Positions 41,058 to 54,653 of a stretch of 64,000 nt of DNA are shown here, piece by piece. Source of the DNA: Paraspadella gotoi (Eukaryota > Animalia > Chaetognatha); NCBI GenBank assembly GCA_051294375.1, contig CM119267.1, forward strand, positions 11,159,045 to 11,223,044. The letters are read 5' to 3'. The notes under the pieces were generated by a model. That model searched no databases and was not told where the DNA came from. It saw only the letters and a program-made list of their open reading frames with translations. A program made the position numbers and the translations under genes. Position 1 is the stretch's first letter. The number at the start of each line of letters is the position of its first letter.

Positions 41058-41621
41058 TGTATATTGTAAGAGCCTCAACTGAGTATCAAGTCGACTTGAA
41101 CTCACCGAAAAGAAAACAAAAAACCACCAAGCGGTTTCGTTCGTAAAACAAAACCAAAACAAATTAGGAGCTTAACTTAATCCTTTAAAACAGAAAAAAA
41201 ACCAGACATCTGGTAATCTGGTATTCAAATGTTTCCAGACACTTCGGTAACTGTGGATTCATCACCACAGTTTCAATGATTTTATTTTTAAACCTCATTT
41301 ACTTCCTGTCAAGTCTTCTGTCCAAAGTTATTTTTACGTTGCTTACGCTAAAACTCGCGCCATAAGGTAATGCCGTTGTGTATCTTCGGGCAGCATTGTG
41401 TGGCATTTTGTGCCATCGGGTGTAGTGGGGCGAGACAAGTGGCATGATTGCCACGAGTGGCAGCGGCTTCATTCCTTTCATCTCCTTTTGGGGCGTTCTT
41501 CTGTTTTTTATGGCTGGGGGAAAGGGGGCGGAGGAGGGGGTTAGAATAGGATGGCAGAGCAGAGGAGAAAAGGAGGCGTGGCTTGGCTTCCTGGCAAATA
41601 GGTGGAGCTGGACGTAAGGAG

Positions 41622-41663
<42 letters not shown>

Positions 41664-41851
41664 AGAGAGAGAGAGAGAGAGAGTGTTTAATTTTGTAAAA
41701 GATATATTTTATGACGAATTCAGAACGATTTAAAATAATAATAAAGAATAAATTAGAGCGAGAGATAATGAATCATGCAAAAAGAATTGTCACGACTTCT
41801 CCCTTTTATTCTTTGGAAAACGGAAGTTATTTTGGTTCTTGGCGCAGAGAG

Positions 41852-41942
<91 letters not shown>

Positions 41943-42203
41943 ATTGGAAACAAAAGCCAAAATCGACCTCAGAAGCCAAAGAAGCGAAAAAAATGAAGAG
42001 AAGAATCCTGCAACAATTCGAGACGCAAAAAAGAAAAAAAAAGAAAGAAAAATATAAAGATAAAAAAAATGAAAAAGAAAGAAAAAAATAGGTGAAGACT
42101 GAAGAGGAATGAAAACAAACAAGAAAAAAAAAGAAAAAAGAAAGAAAAGACTAAAGTTGAAACGAAAATAAGGTGAGTTCAGTTTGGTAAGGTGAAAGAG
42201 TTT

Positions 42204-42306
<103 letters not shown>

Positions 42307-43086
42307 CTCTATCTCTCCCAGTTTTCGAGAGGTCGTGAAGCCCTGTGTCTCTCTCGCTCTTTCTCTTTCTCTCTCGTTTCTGCATCGATTCATTGTTTTT
42401 CTATTAACGTTATAACGTTTATTGAGTTCAGCCATAAATTACATCGAACTACATGCCAAAATGTAACACTTTAACGACGACAATCATTAACGAGAGGCGC
42501 GTTACGCGCCCCGCCTTGTGTACACCGGGTGTTGGCCGCCGAATCGTACGCTTTGTTTAAACTTCTTATTCTTTTATCTGATTACCAAACATCGTTTCTT
42601 CGTTGCGAATTATTTGAACGCGTTTTGCCGAGTTTAGTTTTTTTTAGGAAAGAGTTTTTAAAAAAAAAGAATTATGGTTGATATGGTATTTTTCAGGAAA
42701 GATAAGAAATAAGAAGGTTTTAGCTGAGGAGGGGGGAGGGGGCGAAAACGCCGTGGTGACTGAGACTCCGGTGATCGGACTTAACGAGGTCAACGCAATA
42801 CAGTTCTCAGTACGAAGTGGTATAAAACGTATAAACAAAACAATCTACATATTTATAAAGACATATAGTCATAAAAATCCACATTTTATTTTTAGTTGAA
42901 AACGGACACAGAAAATATGACTCAATATTTCCCATCGAGCGATCGCCGTCTCCTCATTTGCATAAATTGAGAAAAAAACCGAATTCGGCCAAGATTTATC
43001 GTTTAACGAGGGTCGGGATTTCAGAGGTAAGGATCTTAGGGCAGGTCGAGCCGGGTAAGATTCGATCGGGTCGGCGGTTTACGTGG

Positions 43087-43146
<60 letters not shown>

Positions 43147-44639
43147 TATTTCACTTTTCTCTTTCCCGTTTTCTTAGACCTGGATTCACAGTCTGCAATT
43201 TACAACGAATTTCGGAGATAATTACTCATATACAATTTTACAATTGCAATTACAATTACTCATTGTACATTGTACAATTAACCATGTACAGTATAATTTT
43301 TTTAAAATTATCATGCTTGTTGCCAAACGTTTCGATATTCCAGGTATATGTTGAGTTATTAGTGATGAGTAGCCCACTCTCTTTGAGGCAAAAGAGCATC
43401 CGAGTTATTAAAAGTGCCTTTAATACGTTTATTTTCATTTGAATCAATCAAGTGTACTTATTCAATATCTCTCAGATATCTCCTTTTCACTCATTACAAC
43501 CGAAAACTAAGAGCCAACACAGCGTCTTCAAAGATATTTCTGAAGATTCTATTAATTACTTTTAGAAAAAAAGAAAGTCGATGTCTTTGAAGATTGAATC
43601 TTTGAACTACTAAAATATGTCAATGAAATTAGTTTTTATTAATACGATCAAAAAAAGCACAAAAACCTGCTAACAAATCTTATCTCGCACCGGCATTTTC
43701 CAGACAACCATGGACGTTCGTAAAAAAATCCCAGTTAACAGCCGAGGATGCCATCCGCCGTTGCCATAGGACATCGCCCGCATATCATCAGACCGTGTCC
43801 AACTTCGTTCAATCTCCGCCCGGAAATTCGAGCCGTTGCTCCGTCGCCAACCGAGCGGACGCACCCGCGGACGTACGGCTGTAACGCTGACGACCTCGGC
43901 CGGGCGCGCCCCCGTCGAGGCCATAAAACAGAGCTGACCGTCAATTCCCGAGTTGGATCGACGATCGGAATTAAAAACTTGGAAATTAACGATTCCGGGA
44001 AGAAGAGATAAAATTTATGGCTTCCTGTGGAAAAGTCGTTGCTGTTGTCAGTTTACAGATCGTTCAATTGATTCGCTCAAAAGGTCGTAGTCCCCGTTGG
44101 TTGTTGTTTGAGAACCGGTTTATTTCCTACCAAACCACTACAAAACTCTTTAACTAAGCAACTCGCTAAGAATTCGAACTCAAAGAAAGTCATAAACCTC
44201 ACGGAGTCACCCCGTGACTGAAAAAAAATTAGGGATAATTGTTTTCTTTCGTTCGTATTATTTTTGTTTTTGAACGATTTGCTCAGTTGTTGAAACAAAT
44301 TGTTTTACCACCAAAACAGATTCACTAAGGAGTGGCCCGAAACGAGTGTCATACGGCGAGATAAAATTCGATGTAAAAAGATTGACTTTGCATGTTCAAA
44401 CACAGTGGAATCAACTCAAATCGTTTTACCCTCCAAACCGGTTTTCTAAATTGCCTGTTCGGGTTGGACCGACGAATGTTTCTCTGGTTTTATTCCGGCC
44501 AGCAACTGTCAAAATCTAACGAACCAAACGTAGTATAAACCAAGTTTTATCAATCGCAAACTTACCCATTATCTCACATTCAATACGAACTAAAACTGTT
44601 TGGATTTTTTGTAAATAAAAAAAAAGAACCTCGAACAAG

Positions 44640-47600
44640 ATGAAAATTCCACAAATCATTCGACTACGCACGGACATTCCAATTTCCAGAGCCGTCAAGG
44701 ATGTGAGTATTTAAGAAGTTCGTTTTATATTTCATACTCATTTGTTTCTTTTGTATTAATTATGCTTTGGCAGGAGGACGGATCTAAAATATATCAAGCG
44801 CTATCAATAGAAAACGGCAAGCTTATTTCTAAAGCCCAGGGTAATATAAGTTCAAATGTTTTTTTTTTTTTTGTTTCAAAATATTTGTAAAAATATTCTC
44901 AAACTCAAGCGTTCCAAACGGAAATTATATCTTTAATAAAATAATTAAATTAGCTATTCTTCTATAGGCGACGCGGGGACCCTTTATGAAGTATTTCAAC
45001 GGGGTTTTAAAATCAACCCAAGAGGCAACTGCTTAGGTTGGCGACCGTCGTCCGAGGAAGGCTACAGTTGGTTGTCCTACGAAGAGGCCAATGAGAGGAT
45101 GCAAGCATTTGGCAGCGGAATGCTATCCTTAGGGCTGGAACCCGGTCCCGATTCTCGCGTGGGCATATACTCGATAAATTCGCCCAGCTATTGCATATGC
45201 ATGCATGTTAGTAAATTAATTAATTTGAATCCAGTAAAAATATGGAAAGCTAAATATTTTGTGCCGGACTTTACTTTCTAGGCGTGTTTCATGTACTCCA
45301 CGACTTTGGTACCTCTCTACGACACTCTGGGCCCTGATTCTTGCTCTTACATAATCAACAAAGCGGACATATCTTTGGTCGTTTGTGAAAACTCTACGAA
45401 GGTAATATGATGTACGAATATTTTCTGATATTTAAATTTGCCATAAATTCTGACCCTTTCCAACGACAGGCCAAGAACATTTTATCCCGATCGTCTGAAA
45501 CTCCGACTTTGAAATCGATCGTCGTTGTCAATGGCATCGATCGAGAGTTGGCCAATTTCGCTCAAGGGTCTGGCATTAATCTCTTAACCTTTGAGGACGT
45601 CGTCAGAATGGGAAAGGCAAGTCGCGCCCGAACCTTTTTTTCTGCCCCATTGGGCAATGTATCTTAATAAATTTGAACTTTATGGTGGAACTAAAATCCA
45701 CCAACCGTTCATCAGCGGCCATTGGTGCCGGAGGCAAGTCATTCACCTCCCAACCCAAAGGTCCGGGGTTCTACCCGGTGGTCGTCTGGCAGTTAAGAGG
45801 GACGGGGCGCTTAACCCGCCTGTAACAGGTGTACAGCCTGATCCGAAGCTCAGGGACTGCTTATATTGAACGGTTCTATCACTAACTCATAACAATAGTT
45901 ACTGTCTCTTCAACTTGCATTTTATCTTCACAGAAAAACATCCGTCCGGTGATTCCCCCTAGCGGCGACGACATCGCGATCGTCTGCTTCACCAGCGGAA
46001 CCACGGGAGACCCCAAAGGTGTCATGCTCTCCCACGGAAACTACTGTTCCAGCATCGGCAGCTGTATGAAAGTCTTGGGAATCATGCAAATGGACTTCAC
46101 GGACATATTCATATCTTACTTACCGTTAGCGCACGTGTTCGAACAGGTAATGGGATAAATTAATCTTTAAGTATCAATAAAAAAAATCTTATTAGCTTAA
46201 TTCATTGATGAAGGTGATGGAAAACGGAATTTTGTTGGTTGGAGCCTCGATTGGTTACTTCAGCGGCGACGTAAAAAAATTGAAAGACGATATGCAAGCC
46301 TTGCATCCCTCAATCTTTCCCTCCGTGCCAAGATTGCTCAACAAAGTCTACGACACCGTCGTTTCTACCGTGAGAACGTTGTGAATAAAACTTCATTCGC
46401 TTTATAAAGAATTTTAAAAGAATCATGATTGTTCCTTCCCTCAGGCAAGCACCTCTGTGATAAAGAGGTTTCTCCTCAACCACGCCTTAAAAAAGAAAGC
46501 CGAACAGCTTGCTAAGGGTGAATTCGTCAGAGATTCCTTTTGGGACAAGCTCGTGTTCAAAAAGTTGCACGATGGGTTCGGTAAATACAGAAATTTTTAT
46601 AATATAATGTCATGTTGAATATTTTCATTATGAATTCAGTAAAACTTGGTCAATTCATCTTGCAGGTGGCAACGTCAAGTTGGTGGTATCTGGATCGGCT
46701 CCTCTTTCTGCGCCTGTCATGCGCTTTGTCCGCAGTGCATTCGGAGCCGTAGTAATCGAGGGATACGGTCAAACCGAAAGCGCCACCGGGTGCAGTTGTC
46801 AACTGCCTGGCGAACTAGCCGAAGGAGAAGTAGGCCCGCCCGTTCCCGGTGAGTGTCGCACAATAATGCATTTTACCTAGGAATTATCTTCATTAAAATT
46901 TTGGTTAATTTTAAGAGAAAAATGATTTTCAATTAAGCCTGCCTCATGAAACTCGTGGACGTTCCGGATATGGAATACTTCGCCCGAGACGGGAAGGGAG
47001 AAGTATGCGTAAAAGGCCCCAACGTTTTCAAGGGTTACTTGAAGGATGAAGAGAAGACAAAAGAAACTATCGACGAAGATGGATGGCTGCACACAGGGGA
47101 CATTGGAATGATGACGGAAAGAGGTAAACATTACGTTTGTTTATTACAGCCCATGCGTTGTGACGTTGATTACCTGAAAACGACCTACTTTTCCAAAACA
47201 GGCACGCTTAAAATCATTGATCGTAAGAAGCATTTGTTCAAACTCTCGCAAGGAGAATACGTGGCCCCTGAAAAAGTAGAAAACGTTTACTCTCGCCATC
47301 CACTGGTCGAACAAATCTTCGTCTCCGGCAGCAGTCTAAAGTCTGCGGCCGTCGCCGTAGTGGTACCGGAAGAGCAGCAAGTGGCCGCATGGGCTAAAAG
47401 CAAAGGATTGCCAGAAAAAAGTGAGGATAAGTCTTTATCAAATCGACTGAATTAGACAAACAAATAACTAGAAGTGCTCTTTATTTCTCCAGGTTTTGCG
47501 GAAACTTGCCTAGATCCTAATCTTAAGAAAGACATTCTCGATGGCATTACAAACGTTGGGAAACAGGAAGGATTAAAACCCTTCGAGCAGGTCAGAATCT

Positions 47601-47895
47601 ACAAATGTAAATAAACAAAATTAATTGAATACTAAAATCGATGTTATTATCTTTTATTTAATTGAATGAATCTAATTATTTTATTGCCGGAATAAATTTA
47701 ATAAAAAAATTAAATTTATGATTCATGAAGATATGATTTTTTTAAAACTTTTATTAGGTTAAGGACATCTTCATTTCGTCGGAACTTTGGTCCGTAGAAA
47801 ACGACTTGCTGACACCGACCTTTAAGTCAAAACGACCCGCGATACAGAAAAAATTCAAAGATCAAATTGAAGAAATGAACAAGAACCTTACTTGA
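44640..47895 (+). CDS. ACSL: Long-chain fatty-acid-CoA ligase (ACSL1/5/6 family), 13 exons, intact copy
   Basis: The spliced frame is open from MKIPQIIRL to EEMNKNLT-stop. Motifs: TLYEVFQRG, VPLYDTLG, AMP-binding P-loop VCFTSGTTGDPKGVMLSH, SYLPLAHVFE, PSVPRLLNKVYD, EGYGQTE, DGWLHTGDIG, IIDRKKHLFKLSQGEYVAPEKVE, LLTPTFK. Introns are GT-AG except one GC-AG (45617-45933). The 5' end is less certain because an upstream exon is possible. Confidence 0.95.
45684..45875 (+). ncRNA. Candidate structured RNA or cis-element inside the GC-AG intron of ACSL (class unknown); duplicate at ~34760-34955
   Basis: GC-rich island in an otherwise AT-rich intron set. Nested complementarity: AACCGTTCA/TGAACGGTT, GCGGCCATTGG/CCGGTGGTCGT, GGAGG/CCTCC, GCAGT/ACTGC, GTTAAG/CTTAAC, CGCCTG/CAGGTG, CCTGA/TCAGG. 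Confidence 0.4.
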
Positions 47896-50468
47896 AAAAT
47901 GTCTACTCTATTTTTGCAATTACGTGTGTACCATTTTTATGGTAAATTATGTGAAAGTTTCATAATTATCTTGTTAAATGTCTTGCCCTAATTTTTGTCC
48001 TGTTGGTTATTTTTTCGTAATTTGTATCCATTAACATGGAGTTACGACCGATACTTGCAGTAAATTATATTTATTTTCCATGAAGAGTCAAAATAATTAG
48101 GCCAGTTTGCGTTGTGTGGTTCGAGTTTTGAGATATTGAACATTTTATTTGGAAATGATACAACTGGTTCGTCCAAAGTAACAGCTACTTGGCCACCGGG
48201 CTCGAAACTCAAACCTTTGGATTAGGAAGTTTCTTGTTCATTTTATCGGAAGTTTTTTTTAATTTATTAAAGTTTCCCCCGTTCATAAAAACCTACAAGC
48301 AAAACAATATTATAAAACTATGCGTTCATTACGTCCACCTTGTTCAATGCTAAGAGTTCGTCCGAAATTTGGGTCGCGGTCGGCATTTTACTTTCTCTTA
48401 ATCCAGTTTGACCATTCCGGCCACTTCTTTTGCGCCCCCTCTCACCCCTCGCCGCGCAAATAAAAATCGAATTGTCGGCAGATCTTAGGATGTTGGTGGA
48501 GGGTCGCATCGGGATTCTCAAGCCGCTTCGAACACAAATCTCGTTACGGCGAATATTTTTTTCTTTTCGAAATGACGATCCGCGGGAATTTCGGACTTTC
48601 CCGTCGGTTTTCGGTCACGTGACGCGATCGCCAGCGCCTGTTTCGTGTCACGTACTTGATGTCGAGCCGCCTGTCTACGACTCATCGTTGAGCCAATTAG
48701 GGTGAAAAGCTTCTTACTCCAAAAACGGTCAAGGGAATTTTGGTACCTGGACCTAATCAAGTGATTTTTTTTTTTCGGAATGATGTTCGTGAAACCGGGC
48801 GAAGCGTGAAAAGTTCGACAATGTACAACTTGTTTTCGATGTCCAGAATAAAAATAGAATCTTTCTCTCACTCTCACACACACACCAACGCGTCGGCCGT
48901 TATATCGGCGTCATAAAATTCAGAGATCAAAACAGTTTCATCAGCGTCATTCAAGAGATTTCGGGAACGTTTATTTTCTCCCGCGCGATTCGTCGTTAAC
49001 GTCACTTTCTATTTTTCGATGAGTTCATTCGAGGCTTTGGACAGAAATACGTTTCGAGCGAAATATATATACCTCCTCCAGTCTAGTCCAAAAACGGTTT
49101 TAAACCAATTTAACTAATTAAAAATTAAAAAAAACTATTTAGTAGAGACGAAAAGTTTTTGTACGGATAAATAAAAAAAAAATTAAAAACCAGAAGAACG
49201 ACTTTCTCGCCTTAAAATCAGTTTTAACGAAATCCGTACATCAAAGTCAGTCGTCCACTTCGTTTCCGCCGACCCGTGCCTTCGGGGCCGTTGCGTGCCT
49301 TGCGGGGCTTTTTATTTCGAGCCGAGCCTCTGACCCGAAGCGAAACTGATAAGGGAAAAGGAGAAAAACCTGAAATGGCGAGATTCGGGATGAGAACGAG
49401 TTCCGTTGATCGAAAAATCGCGACGACGTTAATGACGATAATTATAATGATGATGATGACTGCAGCCGCGGCCGTCGGCGACAAAACTCCGCAAAAGTCA
49501 CGCGGAACAGTTGTTAAAATTTAATAAATATAATTGTGTATAATTTGGGGCGAATTAACGATGCGACTTATTTTTAATCGCGAGGGTTGTAAAATTTTCG
49601 ACAGTCTGGTTTTCTTGCATCTTGGGAATTTCAAGTAATAAAGCTCACGACTGTGAGAATGAGCCTTGGTTTCAATCCTCTGTGACCTAGATGAATGTCT
49701 ATGGGTCAACCAGGGTTCGAAATCTCTCTCTTCCTTGTTCGCCAATATTGTCTTTCTGGATTTTAAAGGAAAATGGGGCCTGAAACAAGTGCTGAAAATA
49801 GAAAAAAAATGTATTCATTCTATCATGTTAACACAAAACTTTACTGTAAACTAAATTTCAATCTTACGTAGTTGACTTTTTCAGTCATTCCACTCAGTCT
49901 TCTTGAGATGTGTTTGTTGTTTTCTTTCACAGACAGCGTCGAACTCTGTCAAACGATTGTGAGGGATCGATATAAATTCTGGTCAACTAGTTAGGTCAAA
50001 ACCGATGCATCTTCTTTTCAAAATTTGGAAAACTCTAATTATTTCTCCAGTCGAGCGAATCTCGAAACAAAAAAAACAAAAAAGTGTTTTGTTTAGGTTC
50101 GGTAGGAGAGCGTGGATGCCGAGGTCGACAGTTGGATGGAGAAAGGGTTGGGGAGGAAAAGAGGAGGAAGAGGATAAAGTGGAAAGGGCCGAATTTAACA
50201 AACAAAAACTGGGAAGAAAAAAGTGCGGATTGACGGGAAGATGCGAGGGACCACCCTTTTCGCATTCTGGAGATGCCGAGGACCACCCCCTTCGGCCCGA
50301 GTGGAGATGCTCGAGGGAGGCTCGGAATAATCTGGACCGGGTCGAGACGGTCGTCGTGATCGTACGCCTGGGGTGTTGATATGCCGCGATTTTCGTCGCT
50401 TCACGAACCTAAAAAGAAAGGAAAGCTAAATTAGAGAAGTAAGCAGCCGTAAAGGAAGATCTGGAAGC

Positions 50469-50750
50469 AATGGAGGCATTTAATTAGTAATTTATTACCT
50501 ATTTATTTATTTATTATTTATTATTTCTTTGATTAATGTAAGTCTAATAATCTGGTAACCCACTTGAGAGAAGTATACACCTGTTAATATTTAATTATTA
50601 ATTAATTAATTAATTACTTATTTATTTATTACTCGTTGCTAGTAAAAGGGAAGACTTAGAAATGGAGGCATTTAATTAGTAATTTAGTACCTATTTATTT
50701 ATTTATTTATTTATTTATTTACTTATTTATTTATTACTCGTTGCTAGTTA
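50469..50750. repeat. Short AT-rich tandem duplication with (TTTA)n
   Basis: AATGGAGGCATTTAATTAGTAATTTA occurs at ~50469 and ~50661; ATTACTCGTTGCTAGT occurs twice. Confidence 0.8.
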
Positions 50751-50790
50751 AAGCTTAAAAAACTAGCGTCTTTGTTCTTGAAAAATAAGA

Positions 50791-50793
50791 ATC

Positions 50794-50870
<77 letters not shown>
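50791..50870. repeat. (CAT)n microsatellite
   Basis: Directly visible. Confidence 0.99.
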
Positions 50871-50871
<1 letters not shown>

Positions 50872-51513
50872 GGTTCAGTAATCGTCAAGGCTTTGGACGC
50901 GCCATTAGAGGACCTTCTGTCCCGAGGCGAAAGAAGGTGACTTATCCAGAAAGACCAATCTCCTCCTCCTCTTCCTCTTCCTCTTCCTCTTCATTATTCT
51001 CATCGTCGAAGTCGAAGTTTCAAATTAAAGAATATTCGAAAAATAGAGAGGGAAAGAGAGAGAGAAATATAGAAATATATAAAGAGAGACAGAGACAGAG
51101 AGAGAGAGAGAGTCTTTTAATTTTCATTCTCTCTCTTACTATCAATTTAAAATTCCCGAATAGTTTCCTCAGGTTTTTATCCCGTTTTTATCTCGTTTTT
51201 ATCTCAATGACATAATTGGTTTATCTCTGAAAGATGAAGAGGTTCCCGCCAGGGAGAGAGCAGCGGGAAAAGCAAGTCGGCGGCGGGAGAAGATTCTGAG
51301 TTTAATTTTATAATTAATTAATATTTTTTTGAATTTTTAATGCCCAGAAATTGTTTTATTATTTGCGCCTGCTCTTTTTGCATGTCGACCTAAAGAGAGT
51401 AAAAGACAGAAAAATAGAATAAAAAAGAGACAGAAAGACGATTAGTCCTACTTTAACTAGGAGGCTACAGATGGAAATAATTACAATCATCTCTGCATTC
51501 CTTATCTGTCATC

Positions 51514-51632
<119 letters not shown>

Positions 51633-51820
51633 CGTGAAATACATAAAAGATAATCGTCAGATTGCGCTGGTCACGACGTGATGGTTTTCACCTGGCTCGC
51701 AAACGAGTCTCCTCACAAGAACTTTCCTATTTTTTTTTACGTTTTCTTCCAGACGTGACCATTCAGTTCCAAGCCTTTTTCCTTTCTTCTCGCAACAGGT
51801 AGTTTTATGACCTTTTTTTA

Positions 51821-51886
<66 letters not shown>
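51821..51886. repeat. (GTC)n microsatellite
   Basis: Directly visible. Confidence 0.99.
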
Positions 51887-51887
<1 letters not shown>

Positions 51888-52839
51888 TTACTTTCTATTC
51901 ATTTTACGATAAGCAGACGTCGTAAAAGTTCCCTTGGCTTTTGACGACAACGACAAAGAGGACGATGACAACGACGATCTCGTCTTCCAAGTGATTAAGT
52001 GATTCTCGATGTTTAAGGTTTAACGTTCACCGCTCATGGATTTGTTCCGTCTATGGTTATTAAAGCGTCTGAAATCCCAACTTACTTTTCCGCCGCTGCC
52101 ATTGTCGAAGCTGCCAGGTTGTATGTCGCTGAAATGAAAATTTGGCCATGCTCAATATCAGAATTAACTCAATTTTAAGGTTAAATTAAGGGTGAGAGAT
52201 AGGTTAACGTAGTTAAAATTAAGTTCAGGCGTTTCGAACCGAAATCGGGCGCTTTCGGAAAACAGTGTCGACAATCTCACTTTCGAAAAAAAATCACATC
52301 TTCCATCGCCATGTGTCATCGCATGCTTTAATCATTTTTTCTATTTTGTTTTCGTCCGAGTTTTCACTTGAAAATCCGTAAATCTTTGCCTTCGTTTTCC
52401 CCGTCGTCGCTATAATCGTCGTCGTCGTTGTCGTCCTTCTCTCAGTAGGCGTTGTCGTCGGTTTTTACCCTAAACTAGACTAAAAACGACAACAACACAT
52501 TTTTTCTCGTGACGAAAGTCCAGGCGACGAGAGATGAAAAAGTAAAACGAAGCGAAATGAATAATTAACAAGAAAAAAAACTTAAAATCCTTTTTTCAGT
52601 GTGGGGGATTAGTTTTTCAAAGTCCGTCTTTTTTTTTTGTTTTCGTATCATACGTCAGGTTTGTTCACTTTAAATGAACGAAGCGGTTAAATGAAGGTTG
52701 GTTAAGATGTTAAGATTAACAAAGGAAAAAGGGAAGGTCACTACACTCACTATTAGACCTAGTCTAAAGTTAGTTAAAGTGATCTCAAAGCTTTTTAAAA
52801 GTTTGTCGTCACAATTCTCAAAAACTGGGTCAGAACTAT

Positions 52840-52896
<57 letters not shown>

Positions 52897-53153
52897 ATGT
52901 AATCAGCTTCTTCGTTTCTACTCTGTGGTCTCCGACTCCGAACCTCGGACAATCTCCAGACTAAGTTCAGAATTTCTGAGTCCGACTGGGATTCGTCTAT
53001 GAGGAAGGATTTTGATCGGATATGATTTTGATGTAACTGGGGAAAGGGAATTATGGATGAAGGGAAACGGATATCATCATGCAAATGCGGAAAATAATGG
53101 GTCCTGACTGACGAGATAGAGATAGAGAGGCGGAGAGAGAGATTGGGAGAGAG

Positions 53154-53154
<1 letters not shown>

Positions 53155-53226
<72 letters not shown>
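53155..53226. repeat. (AAAG)n microsatellite
   Basis: Directly visible. Confidence 0.99.
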
Positions 53227-53227
<1 letters not shown>

Positions 53228-53763
53228 CATAAATAAGAGAGTAAGAATCAAAAAGAGCCAGCTACCGTCCAAGTTTAATCGAAATAAAATCCAACCACGC
53301 AACTTGAATTAAAACTTTTCTTAATTATTCAATCAAATAACAATGAATTTTCAGCCAAGGGGCAGGAAAATCGAGTCGGTGTGCACGGACAAGTCAAAAT
53401 AAAAAAAAACAGATTTTTTTTTTAAAAGAAAAAAAGTCGGCATAAAAAAGAACAGAGGAGCCGAATCGGGTTCAAAAAAAAAAAAAAAAAAAAAAAAAAG
53501 AGAGAGAATTAAAAAAAACATTGGCGTCCATTATGAGATTTTCTGTAGGAGCGAAAGGCTTTTTAATTACGGCACCTCGTCCCACTTCGTCGGGAGGCGT
53601 CAACTGTCAGGATTTAATCGGAAAGAAAAAGGGTTCCTTCCGTTCAAGTTGAGATTATATACGAATTTGTTGATTTAATGCAATTTTCTTGACTTTTTCG
53701 TGACGATGGGGACTTAAACGGGGACGCCGTGGGAGATGAGGGGAGGATATTACTTAGAGAGGT

Positions 53764-53812
<49 letters not shown>

Positions 53813-54566
53813 ACGAAAGATAAAATATAACGATTCTGTTCAAAAAACCAAAATTGATGAAATTCCTCGCTTTTCTTTGTTTGACTACAGGGATAAAGTT
53901 CACCCACCAGAAACGCTTAGAGACTTAGTTTGTCGGATATTTATTCTCTGACAGCTTTACTGTGTTTGTTTAAGTTTTTTTTATTATTTTTGAAAGTCAG
54001 TGTTTATAACATTTTTTATCAACGTCACGTTTTTTAGTTGAAAAAAAAAAAAAACCTCGAAAAAGTGGTATCACAGAAACGCGCCAATCTCGATCGAATT
54101 TTTGAAAAGGAAAGAAAAAAAAGAAAAGAAAAGAGAAGTGTAAACAAATGTCTGAGTGCGAATCTCCAATCTCGAAAGTGATCGATTATAAACGAGAAGA
54201 AAATGAGATAAAATAATAGAAAATCGTTCTGATAAGTAATGATTTAAAGAGTAATGCGCCACTCGATTGGATTTTTTTAGATTTTATTTTTCTGCCAGAG
54301 TTTAAACTAACCTCAACTGGAAATCCAAGATACTCCATTGATGTTATCCCAAAAAATGAACATAAATTGCCAAACTGAATAAAGGATCGACAGGAAAAAA
54401 TTAGCTGTGCTTCATTTTAATAGCTAATTTAATAGTCATATTATAAGAATCGATTATTGTTTGGCTTTCTGCCTCAACGAAAGTTGCCCGACAAGAAAAA
54501 TGAATTTATGTTTTATTACACGACAGCCGGGACTCCTTCGTAGGCGGGAAGAAAGTCGAGAGAGAG

Positions 54567-54653
<87 letters not shown>

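Noticed and set aside
45700-45875. Assignment of the intronic element to RNase P/MRP, 5S rRNA or a twister ribozyme
   Set aside because: Only short partial motif resemblances. The required P4 pseudoknot, 5S colinearity and twister pseudoknots could not be built by eye, so it is left unclassified.
50772-51215. Poly-His ORF
   Set aside because: A (CAT)n microsatellite with a non-ATG start and low-complexity remainder; no splice or domain support.
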